This document shows positions 19,152 to 27,555 of a DNA stretch of 64,000 nucleotides, piece after piece; position 1 is the stretch's first letter; each line of letters opens with the position of its first letter. The stretch is from contig JAPKCH010000003.1 of NCBI GenBank assembly GCA_026421185.1, forward strand, positions 12,375-76,374. The letters run 5' to 3'. The notes beneath the pieces were generated by a model. It ran no database searches, was not told the DNA's origin, and saw only the letters and a list, made by a program, of their open reading frames with translations. A program made the position numbers and the translations under genes. Source of the DNA: Dehalococcoidia bacterium. GTDB taxonomy: Bacteria; Chloroflexota; Dehalococcoidia; Lucifugimonadales; Lucifugimonadaceae.

Positions 19152-20225
19152 CTAACTCGTAGTTACTTCACCATCTTGTGAAATATGCGAAACACCGTTA
19201 GTGCTCTCGTAAACGACAGCTCGAACCGTAGCCGATTTAGTTTCACCCGGCTTGAATACTATTGATGTTCGTTGATCCGATCCAGGTTCGGGGATGCCTG
19301 CACTCAAGCTTGTGAACGGCTCAAGCCCCACATTATAGGTTCTTCCGTAAAAGGGATAACCGGATCCACCTCCGAATACCTGCCAGTACCATAGGTACTT
19401 GAAAGGATCGACTGGATAGGCGAGACCAAACCCGACGCCGCGGTCAGGATTCGTGATGGCGTACCAGCCTTCTTTCTGGTTCTTGAAAACTGAGTAGTCC
19501 ATTAGTCGATCTGATTTCTGAGGGAAAGTGGTCAAATCGACTTCGTTACCCTCAGGATCCACTGCAGTCGGCCATTTCCCAACGTGCCCATCTTGAAGTC
19601 TATTGCCACCACGTTCAGGAACGAAGTGATCGGCTGGGGCCATATCTAGTCGACAGTTTGGTGTAACAAACGGATCTCCCAGTGCTACATGTTGTCCCCA
19701 TTGAGCCTCTGCCTCTTCTTCTGCCTGATTCGTCAAGGTATCGGTAACCGTCAAAACAGGACTATTTGCCTCCAATGTCACCACTTTCTCAATCCAAAAC
19801 GGCGTTCGAACAGTACGCACGCTGAATTTGGCACTTACTCGTTCTGGGGTATCTTCGAGAATCACGGTATCCCAAGGCATCAATGTGGCCTCAGTGTGTT
19901 GACCTAAATCGGCATTTGCGTACTTTTGAGGTGGTCCGCCAGTTGGAGCTATAGTCTGCCAACCGCCTATGTAAGCATCGTGCCAGATATTGTCGCCGTT
20001 GCCTGTCGGTGGAGTTGAGAGGCTCTGATTACGAACTGACCAAGGGGTTCTCCACATGAACTCAGTATCGGTCTTTTTATGAGTCAGCTCGAAGACGTCT
20101 GCACCCTTGTCGGAAATTATCGACACGCGCAAGAGTTCGTTTTCTAATACGACAGTTTTCAAACCTCGATAAGTCCATGAATCTGATATGCGACACCCAG
20201 TGGTTCGTTCATCTTGATAATGCAT
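19152..20225 (-). CDS. galactose-mutarotase-like (aldose 1-epimerase/DUF4432-like) protein, copy 2
   Basis: Same N-terminus as 15504-16595 (MHYQDERTTGCR), YIGGWQ, WGQH, FKYLWYWQ, GLEPFTS. Confidence 0.7.
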   Translation of the reverse strand: MHYQDERTTGCRISDSWTYRGLKTVVLENELLRVSIISDKGADVFELTHKKTDTEFMWRTPWSVRNQSLSTPPTGNGDNIWHDAYIGGWQTIAPTGGPPQKYANADLGQHTEATLMPWDTVILEDTPERVSAKFSVRTVRTPFWIEKVVTLEANSPVLTVTDTLTNQAEEEAEAQWGQHVALGDPFVTPNCRLDMAPADHFVPERGGNRLQDGHVGKWPTAVDPEGNEVDLTTFPQKSDRLMDYSVFKNQKEGWYAITNPDRGVGFGLAYPVDPFKYLWYWQVFGGGSGYPFYGRTYNVGLEPFTSLSAGIPEPGSDQRTSIVFKPGETKSATVRAVVYESTNGVSHISQDGEVTTS

Positions 20226-20437
20226 TAGCGTTCAGGTTTATACCTATTAGAACTTGTGATGTAGTACAAATGAACCAGCTCTGAAAGATTGACAGATGTT
20301 CTGTTCTGTAATTTACCGTAACGTAAAGATTCTGTGCAAAGAATAACGAACTGTGGAAGAATCAGGGCAGTGAGTTTCACTCGAACGTATTAGCAAACTT
20401 TTGAATGTTAATGAATTTTGCAGAGGTGACTAGGCTA

Positions 20438-20824
20438 TTGGCTCGAATACTTGTCGTTGACGACAGCCCCGATCTAAGATCAGATTTGGCAACCATTCTT
20501 GAAGACGCTGGACTCGATGTTGTTGAAACTGAGGATGGTGATCAAGTATTTGGTATATCGGTCTCGGAATCTCACAATCTCGTTCTTCTCGACGTCATAA
20601 TGCCTCGAATCAATGTCTTCGACGCTCTTGTAACTCTGAAGGACGACACTCGCACATGTCCCATCCCCGTAATCATGGTCACCGCCAAAGGTTGGGCTGA
20701 AGAACTGGTAATGACTCATTCACTTGGCGGTGTTAAACACATCACGAATTCTTGCGTCGGCGGTAATGTAGAACTTCGGGTTGACTGTGCGCTCAGATCC
20801 GACCACGAACAGAAGAGCCGATAA
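20438..20824 (+). CDS. stand-alone response-regulator receiver domain, degenerate
   Basis: RILVVDD, LVLLDVIMP, IPVIMVTA; the conserved KP is replaced (HITNS); TTG 20438 preferred as start. Confidence 0.65.
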   Translation: MARILVVDDSPDLRSDLATILEDAGLDVVETEDGDQVFGISVSESHNLVLLDVIMPRINVFDALVTLKDDTRTCPIPVIMVTAKGWAEELVMTHSLGGVKHITNSCVGGNVELRVDCALRSDHEQKSR

Positions 20825-20848
20825 CCTGATCTCGCTAGTGAGCCGATT

Positions 20849-21727
20849 ATGACCAACACTGCGATTGTTCTCGTTTTAATTGCGGCATTAAGCCACGCTT
20901 CTTGGAATCTGCTCGTACGTCGCTCTCTAATTCCTGAACTTGCGAATTGGTTCATGGCGTTTCTTGGAGGAGTTATTGCCCTTCCGTTCGCTGTTTTCTA
21001 TCTGGTAACCACCCCACCGTCTGCAATCGGCTGGGTCTTCATTTCCGGCACAGTGATCCTCCACATCGGATACTTTTTTACACTTGGGCGCGCCTATAAA
21101 CACGGCGATATGTCGGTGGTTTACCCGATTGCTCGTGGTTTAGGTTTGGTGTTGATCCCAATATTCGGCGTACTAGTTCTGAATGAATCAGTATCAGCGG
21201 TCGCTGTACTAGGAATAGTTTCCATTTTTGCAGGAGTGATTATCGTTGGGGCTTCGTCACCGACAGGCCTCAAAATTTGGCTCCACCCAAAATCATTTAT
21301 TGCTGACCGTGGTGTGGCATTCGCAGTAATTACCGGGTTACTTATTGCAACCTATTCGAATTGGGACAAACGTGGCGTCGAATACGTCGCACCTTTGCTG
21401 TACATGTTCACGGTTCAGATAGGTGGCTCTCTCGGCATTCTTCCGATCCTTCGTCGTTCCTATTCGACTAACGATTTCACCGCCGAGTTCAAACGAGCTT
21501 GGAAGATTTCAGTGGCCGGCGGCGCATTACAGTTCACCTCGTACGGCTTAGTGCTAACTGCGTTCACACTTGCACCCGTCAGTTACGTCGGTCCGTTTCG
21601 TGAACTGGCAATAGTGTTTGGCGTATTGCTTGCTGCGCTAGTTTTGAAAGAGTCGGTTGGTAAAACGAGAATCGTTGGGGCTACGGCTATCGGAATAGGT
21701 GCAGTAACGGTGGCATTGGCTCCTTAG
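20849..21727 (+). CDS. DMT/EamA family transporter
   Basis: About 10 hydrophobic helices; HASWN, AYKHGDMSVVYPIARG, YVGPFRE, LKE motifs. Confidence 0.88.
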   Translation: MTNTAIVLVLIAALSHASWNLLVRRSLIPELANWFMAFLGGVIALPFAVFYLVTTPPSAIGWVFISGTVILHIGYFFTLGRAYKHGDMSVVYPIARGLGLVLIPIFGVLVLNESVSAVAVLGIVSIFAGVIIVGASSPTGLKIWLHPKSFIADRGVAFAVITGLLIATYSNWDKRGVEYVAPLLYMFTVQIGGSLGILPILRRSYSTNDFTAEFKRAWKISVAGGALQFTSYGLVLTAFTLAPVSYVGPFRELAIVFGVLLAALVLKESVGKTRIVGATAIGIGAVTVALAP

Positions 21728-21920
21728 AAGTCTAGTAACCACTGTAGATTGCCGCCCTTGACCTTCGCTCTGTACTCTTCCGACCAATGAGCCAATTGAG
21801 TGTCGACAATGGCTAGTGAACCACTTCCCCACACCATACGATCAGGTCCGAATGAATAAGCTACCCATCGACTGAAAGTAATCCAGCCTCTAATCACGTA
21901 ATTGAGAATAATAATCGCTG
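21724..21920 (-). pseudogene. C-terminal remnant of an amidohydrolase-2 gene
   Basis: YSFGPDRMVWGS...KVKGGNLQWLLDF resembles the C-terminus of 13594-14373; no N-terminal HxH part. Confidence 0.5.
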
Positions 21921-21925
21921 ACAAA

Positions 21926-21954
21926 TTGACGCTAACGGTTATCGCCCATATTAT
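21926..21954 (+). promoter_or_regulatory. sigma70-type promoter of the thrC-like operon
   Basis: TTGACG (21926-21931), 17-bp spacer, TATTAT (21949-21954). Confidence 0.7.
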
Positions 21955-21960
21955 TGTTTA

Positions 21961-22119
21961 TTAGTTCTACTTCCTGAAGTGATTCAGATTCTCATTAAGA
22001 ATCCTTTAGGTTGTCGGTGAATCAACGAGCTTCGGATCAGAAGCTGCTGTTGTCACTCCCGGCCGGACTGCCGGAAGTGATGTATGCAACTCCTTCCGTT
22101 GAGAGGTCCAGTTTAGAAA
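21961..22119 (+). ncRNA. structured 5' leader, candidate cis-regulatory RNA/riboswitch
   Basis: Stems TCAACG/CGTTGA, AGCTTC/GAAGCT, TCACTCCCGGC/GCCGGAAGTGA; loop GGACT can pair with GGTCC overlapping the SD GAGAGG; family not identified. Confidence 0.5.
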
Positions 22120-23349
22120 TTGCCATACGTCCAGTCTCTGCGCTGTAAAGAGTGCGGTCGCGACTACCCACAAGAGCCGATCTATGTTTGCGACTTTTGC
22201 TTTGGTCCGTTGGAAGTCAATTACGACTACGACGCTATCGCCAAAAACATCAGCCGTGAATCTATTCAAGATGGTCCGTTGACTATCTGGCGATATGACG
22301 CGCTTTTGCCTGCCGATCGAGATAACGCTGTAAACATCGGTGCAGGAATGACCCCATTACTTAAAGCCGACAATCTCGGTAAAGTGCTGGGTTTGAATAA
22401 TCTTTGGATCAAAAACGACGCAGCTAATCCAACGCATTCGTTCAAGGATCGCGTTGTTTCAGTAGCTTCAACTAAAGCAGTCGAATTCGATTTCGACACG
22501 ATTGCTTGTGCTTCCACTGGAAACCTAGCAGGTGCTACGGCTGCTCACGGAGCCAAAGCAGGAATGAATACGATGGTATTCATTCCTGCCGATCTCGAAC
22601 GAGGTAAAATACTTGGAGCGGCAGTATTTGGTTCAGTCGTACTTGTCAACGGAAACTACGACGATGTAAACCGGTTGTGCTCCGAATTGGGTGACGACCG
22701 TCGATGGGCGTTCGTAAATATCAACATGCGCCCATACTACTCCGAAGGAAGTAAGTCGATCGGATACGAACTTGCTGAACAGCTTGGCTGGCATGCTCCA
22801 AAGCACATTATCGTGCCGGTTGCATCTGGTTCATTATTCACCAAGGTTCACAAAGGTCTTCAGGAATTTGCGCAGCTAGGTATTATCGAGAACGCCGATA
22901 CCAAAATGCACATCGCACAGCCGTTCGGATGTTCTCCGGTAGCTAAGGCGTTCATCGAAGGTCAAGCACACCCTAAACCAGTGATACCAAACACGATTGC
23001 TAAGTCTCTCGCTATTGGATCGCCAGCAGATGGCATGTACAGCGTTGGTATAGCAAACAAAACCGGTGGTTCAGCCACGATCGTTCCAGAGAGCGAAATT
23101 GCCGAAGGAATGAAGCTGCTTGCTGAAACTGAAGGTATCTTTACCGAGACGGCTGGCGGTGTTGTCATCTCGACGCTTCGACGGCTTGCACGTGAAGGCG
23201 TGATCGGTCCTGACGAAGAAACTGTTGCACTTATCACAGGTACCGGACTCAAAACACTTGAAGCTATTGCCGATTCGGTTGAAACTCTAACTATCGATCC
23301 GACTGTACGGTCCTTCGACGAAATAGTGACAGGAGCACCAGTTTTATAA
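22120..23349 (+). CDS. thrC: threonine synthase-like PLP enzyme with N-terminal Zn ribbon
   Basis: CxxC...CxxC N-terminus, GMTPL, NPTHSFKDR (PLP lysine), CASTGNLA, VPVASG, ETAGG, ITGTGLK; TTG start. Confidence 0.85.
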   Translation: MPYVQSLRCKECGRDYPQEPIYVCDFCFGPLEVNYDYDAIAKNISRESIQDGPLTIWRYDALLPADRDNAVNIGAGMTPLLKADNLGKVLGLNNLWIKNDAANPTHSFKDRVVSVASTKAVEFDFDTIACASTGNLAGATAAHGAKAGMNTMVFIPADLERGKILGAAVFGSVVLVNGNYDDVNRLCSELGDDRRWAFVNINMRPYYSEGSKSIGYELAEQLGWHAPKHIIVPVASGSLFTKVHKGLQEFAQLGIIENADTKMHIAQPFGCSPVAKAFIEGQAHPKPVIPNTIAKSLAIGSPADGMYSVGIANKTGGSATIVPESEIAEGMKLLAETEGIFTETAGGVVISTLRRLAREGVIGPDEETVALITGTGLKTLEAIADSVETLTIDPTVRSFDEIVTGAPVL

Positions 23350-23591
23350 TGCCTTTCCGAAGAGTTAAATTCACTTTCAAAACCGAGCGTATCCAGAGCC
23401 CAGTGATATATGACCTCGGACAGAAGTTCGATGTTGTAACCAATATACGACGTGCTGATATCGATGCCGATAATGGCTGGGTCATTCTCGAAATTGAAGG
23501 CGCAGTAGATGAGATTGAACGCGGTTTGGAGTGGGTGCGAGATCAAGGCTCGGACGTAAGTTCGTTAGATGGAGATATTCTTGCTGGCTAA
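23349..23591 (+). CDS. NIL-domain protein
   Basis: 80 aa; PVIY.LG..FDVVTNIRRADI....GWVILEIEG; overlaps the thrC stop (TAATG). Confidence 0.85.
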   Translation: MPFRRVKFTFKTERIQSPVIYDLGQKFDVVTNIRRADIDADNGWVILEIEGAVDEIERGLEWVRDQGSDVSSLDGDILAG

Positions 23592-23727
23592 CGTATTAGT
23601 GTCGGCCTTATAGAAATTAACAAAATTTACTCGCAACGAATTTGAGTAAATAACAACTAACATATTTGTAGACATAATTTGAGTCTGATATTTCAAATCA
23701 GATAACTCACTAGAAACAGGAAATCTG

Positions 23728-24009
23728 ATGGCCGTAACAGTAAAAATCCCAACACCGCTCAGGAAACTGACCAATGGCGCTACAAGTGTCGATGCTGATG
23801 GTTCAACCATTGGTGAAGTCGTAGTAGCCCTTGAAGCAGCTTACCCTGGTATAAAAGAGCGATTAGTTGATGAATCTGGTGATCTTCGCCACTTCGTTAA
23901 CATCTACCTTAATGGTGAAGACGTCCGCTACTTGGATGGCCTAAATAGCGCTGTTGTTGACAAAGACGAGTTGAGTATCGTTCCTGCGGTTGCAGGCGGT
24001 ATCGCTTAG
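23728..24009 (+). CDS. MoaD/ThiS/CysO-type ubiquitin-like sulfur carrier
   Basis: VKIPTPLRKLT, FVNIYLNGEDVR, SIVPAVAGG followed by a two-residue IA tail. Confidence 0.9.
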   Translation: MAVTVKIPTPLRKLTNGATSVDADGSTIGEVVVALEAAYPGIKERLVDESGDLRHFVNIYLNGEDVRYLDGLNSAVVDKDELSIVPAVAGGIA

Positions 24010-24043
24010 GTCTCTTGCGGTCGCAGTGTTGGCTGTCTGAAAT

Positions 24044-24090
24044 ATATAAATGCACCCTACTCAGTTTTACTGGGTAGGGTGCATTTATAT
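24044..24090. terminator. long inverted repeat / terminator after the thrC-NIL-moaD operon
   Basis: ATATAAATGCACCCTAC ... GTAGGGTGCATTTATAT, perfect 17-bp arms. Confidence 0.7.
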
Positions 24091-24109
24091 TCTCTAAGAA
24101 ATTATCAAA

Positions 24110-24526
24110 ATGTTGCTTGCTTTCATCAATTCCCACAAAGCATAAATAGAGATGAACCTCGATACTCATAAACGAGTCATCCGAGAGGCTGCTGACGTTG
24201 ATTGTGAATTGGCTGTATTCCCTGAGATGTCGCTCACCGGATATCTCGACCCTGGCACACTGTCGTGTTCCATTCGTCAGCATCCGCTCTATATGCTCCT
24301 TGCAAGACAGATGATGGCGAAGTCGATTCGACTATTGGCGAACACCATGCACCTAAAAGCACGGTAGCCGAGGGAAAAAGTTGGGTTGAGTATCGCTCTC
24401 GCAACTCGGGCATATGCTACGGTCGATGAAGACTTGCCGGGCTGGTCTGCACTGTTCTGACCAGATGGAGAGATTGTTTCGGAATTGCCGTATTGGCGAG
24501 CAGGAAATCTGATCCTCGATATTTAG
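24110..24526 (+). pseudogene. carbon-nitrogen hydrolase (nitrilase superfamily) pseudogene
   Basis: ATG 24110, in-frame TAA 24143, AVFPEMSLTGYLDP, later DEDLPGWSALF*PDGEIVSELPYW; central catalytic region absent. Confidence 0.75.
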
Positions 24527-25629
24527 TCTAGGATGCTTTGGATCGCTTCTCGTACGAGTTCTTCAGGAACATCGCATCGTGTAGTCGCTTTACCGGGCCC
24601 TTCAAGCAGTACCCAACGAATAGTTCCTCCACGTGATTTCTTGTCGCTCTTCGTTGCTTCGATCATTTCGTTGACGTCTAGTCCGACTGCACGTGTTGGT
24701 AGAGCGTAGCTTTCGAGAACAGCGCGCTGTCTATTTAGTAGGTTTGTATCGATCATTCCGAGTTGCACGGCAATTTTGCCTGCAGCCATCATCCCAATGG
24801 CGACCGCCTCACCGTGTAAATAAGTTCCGTACCCAGAAACTTTTTCGATAGCGTGACCGATTGTGTGTCCATAGTTCAACAGAATCCGGTGATCACCGGT
24901 CTCAAACTCGTCAGCAGACACGATATCGCCCTTAATTGCGACGCTTTTACGAATGGCGTCGACTGGCTCATCACCCTCAAGAGCACGCATCTGCGGAGCA
25001 AGTCGTTCAAACGTATCCAGCAATTGAGCGTCCAGAATAATTCCGTGCTTAACTGCCTCAGCCCAGCCAGCAGACATCTCACGCGCTGGAAGTGAATCAA
25101 GATGCCCAACGTCTTGAAGGACAAGTTTCGGCTGGTGAAACGCTCCAAGTAGATTTTTTCCATTTGGAATATTTACGCCTGTTTTACCACCTATTGAAGA
25201 ATCAACCATGGCAGCCAGACTCGTTGGCACATGCACAACTGCTACGCCACGGAGCCATGTTGCAGCAGCAAATCCAACTAGATCACCGGTTACGCCGCCG
25301 CCCATCGCTACCACTATGTCGCCACGATCCGCTCGAAGTTCGGCGAGCCAATCGTAGACGAGTTGGACAGTCTCGAGATTTTTGTTTGATTCACCTATTT
25401 CTAGTGCCAATAAGTGAGTCGCGTATCCACCCCGTTCAAGAGCTTCTTGTGCTCGTCGTGTCGGATTAGGGAACATCACCTCATCTGCTACGAGGAACGC
25501 CCTGCCCTGTAAGCCGGTCTTTTTTAGCTCGAATCCGAGATCGTCGATAACGTCACGTCCGACTATCACCCGATAACTACCTTGAGTCGTGTTTACTATC
25601 GCCGCTAGATTTTGATCTTGGTCAGTCAT
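24523..25629 (-). CDS. aroB: 3-dehydroquinate synthase
   Basis: GGGVTGDLVGF, PTSLAAMVDSSIGGKTG, KNLLGAFHQP, LNYGHTIGHAIE, LHGEAV; ATG 25629 just after the aroK stop. Confidence 0.96.
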   Translation of the reverse strand: MTDQDQNLAAIVNTTQGSYRVIVGRDVIDDLGFELKKTGLQGRAFLVADEVMFPNPTRRAQEALERGGYATHLLALEIGESNKNLETVQLVYDWLAELRADRGDIVVAMGGGVTGDLVGFAAATWLRGVAVVHVPTSLAAMVDSSIGGKTGVNIPNGKNLLGAFHQPKLVLQDVGHLDSLPAREMSAGWAEAVKHGIILDAQLLDTFERLAPQMRALEGDEPVDAIRKSVAIKGDIVSADEFETGDHRILLNYGHTIGHAIEKVSGYGTYLHGEAVAIGMMAAGKIAVQLGMIDTNLLNRQRAVLESYALPTRAVGLDVNEMIEATKSDKKSRGGTIRWVLLEGPGKATTRCDVPEELVREAIQSILD

Positions 25630-25633
25630 TGGA

Positions 25634-26188
25634 TTAAGCCATCCCGCTGTCTTGCCATGCACGAGCAATGGCCTCGGCTACTTCATCATGAGATTTGCGT
25701 TCAGTATCGACGGCAACATTGGCGGTCGAGTAAGCTTCCTCCCGTTCATTGAGCATATTTCTAAGCTTCTCAATTGGTGCGTCACCGCCTAGCAATGGAC
25801 GAAGCGTTCGACCTCGCCTTAGAGCTGAACTAACCAGTCGTTGGTGGATGGTTTCAGGGCTGGCGCATAGTCGAATTACGAGACCGGATAATTTCATAAC
25901 CTTACGATTATCAGCCCGAATTGGAACTCCACCACCAGTAGATACTATGCGACCACCGCGACTGGCGACTTCTTCAAGTATTTGAGCTTCGAGATTACGA
26001 AAATATTCTTCGCCGTTTTCTTCGAAGATACGAGGGATCGATTTTCCTACACGATCTTCGATGACGCCGTCCATCTCGACAAAAGGCCAGCCAAGCAGTT
26101 CAGCGACGCGCCTTCCTGATCTCGTCTTCCCAGTGCCTGAGAGACCGATCAAGTAGATGTTGGGTTTAGGAACGCTGGCTTCAGTCAA
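25634..26188 (-). CDS. aroK: shikimate kinase
   Basis: NIYLIGLSGTGKT P-loop, GEEYFRNLE, STGGG, RPLL. Confidence 0.95.
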   Translation of the reverse strand: MTEASVPKPNIYLIGLSGTGKTRSGRRVAELLGWPFVEMDGVIEDRVGKSIPRIFEENGEEYFRNLEAQILEEVASRGGRIVSTGGGVPIRADNRKVMKLSGLVIRLCASPETIHQRLVSSALRRGRTLRPLLGGDAPIEKLRNMLNEREEAYSTANVAVDTERKSHDEVAEAIARAWQDSGMA

Positions 26189-26223
26189 TGTTGATTGCTT
26201 CTGGAGATGATGACTGTCGTGAA

Positions 26224-27405
26224 CTAACTGTTGCCGAACGCTTGATGAGATTCGACGTACCCAGCGTAATTCCTCTTGATTTCACTAAGCGAATCGCCAC
26301 CAAATTTCTCAAGCATTGATTCGACTAGTACTAGCGCCATCATTGCTTCGCCAACTGGGCAAGCACGTGCCACTTGGCAAATGTCACTGCGATTGTATGC
26401 AGCATCAACTAACTCGCCTGTATTGATATCAACTGAAGGCAGAGGATTAGTCATCGTTGCGATCGGCTTAATTGCGACGTTTACAACGATCGGGTTACCG
26501 TTCGACATGCCTCCTTCGATTCCACCTGCATTGTTAGAAATTTGGCGAAATTTACGTGGATCAGACGCATCTGGTTCGATTACGTCTTGGACATCACGGC
26601 CTGGCTTCCGAGTGTTGTCGAATCCGGTTCCGATTTCGACACCCTTGACTGCATTGATGCTCATCATAGCGTGAGCTAACCGTGCGTCAAGCTTACGATC
26701 CCAATGCACGTGACTCCCGAGACCAACAGGTGGACCGAATGCTACGACTTCGAAAACTCCACCGATTGTGGTTCGTTCTTTTTTAGATTTATCTATAGCA
26801 GCTTTGAATCGAGCATCTGCATCGTCATCGGATGCTCGTACTTCAGATGCTTCAACAGCGTTCCAATCAACATCTTCAGTAGCAACCGAACTACCATCTT
26901 GATCCCCAGTTGAAATAGAACGGGAGTGGATCGAGATTCCGATCTCCTCAAGAAGTCGTCGGGCGATTGAACCAGCGGCAACTCGGGCGGCAGTTTCACG
27001 CGCGGAAGATCGCTCGAGCACGTTTCTAAGATCATGCTGAACGTATTTCAGCGCACCCGGAAAATCGGCGTGACCAGGGACTATTTTTGTGTAGACCTTC
27101 TTATCTACATCGTCGCCGACTTCTGAAATCGACATAGCGTCTGTCCAGTTGGCAAAATCCCGGTTCTCAATCCACATTGCTATAGGTGAACCAAGTGACA
27201 TTCCATGACGAACGCCTGAACGAATGTCGGCGCGATCCTTTTCGATCTTCATCCGACCGCCGGAACCGTAGCCCTTCTGGCGACGAGACATCTGCTTTTC
27301 GATGTACTCCTCGGTCACTTCGAGACCGGCAGGGATTCCCTCAACAATTACCGTGAGGCCAGGACCGTGTGATTCACCAGCTGTGAGGTATCGAAATGTC
27401 GTCAT
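26224..27405 (-). CDS. aroC: chorismate synthase
   Basis: LTAGESHG, RRQKGYG.GGRM, PGHAD, ERSSARET, NAVKGVEIG, AGGIEGGMSNG, KPIAT. Confidence 0.97.
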   Translation of the reverse strand: MTTFRYLTAGESHGPGLTVIVEGIPAGLEVTEEYIEKQMSRRQKGYGSGGRMKIEKDRADIRSGVRHGMSLGSPIAMWIENRDFANWTDAMSISEVGDDVDKKVYTKIVPGHADFPGALKYVQHDLRNVLERSSARETAARVAAGSIARRLLEEIGISIHSRSISTGDQDGSSVATEDVDWNAVEASEVRASDDDADARFKAAIDKSKKERTTIGGVFEVVAFGPPVGLGSHVHWDRKLDARLAHAMMSINAVKGVEIGTGFDNTRKPGRDVQDVIEPDASDPRKFRQISNNAGGIEGGMSNGNPIVVNVAIKPIATMTNPLPSVDINTGELVDAAYNRSDICQVARACPVGEAMMALVLVESMLEKFGGDSLSEIKRNYAGYVESHQAFGNS

Positions 27406-27555
27406 TCGTGATTGTTCTCGTTGCTAATTCGTGAACGAATGTGAATACAGACGTTCGATAGTTACTTGTCCTAAGCTCATGTGCTATTCGTAACGATGGG
27501 CTTGGTGGTTTCGATTATAAGTAGTTGCCAGAAACTATTTCAAGCGGCAATCCGC

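Noticed and set aside
20203..20225. Recent gene conversion between the two mutarotase-like paralogues
   Set aside because: DNA identity lasts only 23 nt and synonymous sites then differ while the peptide stays conserved, which fits protein-level selection
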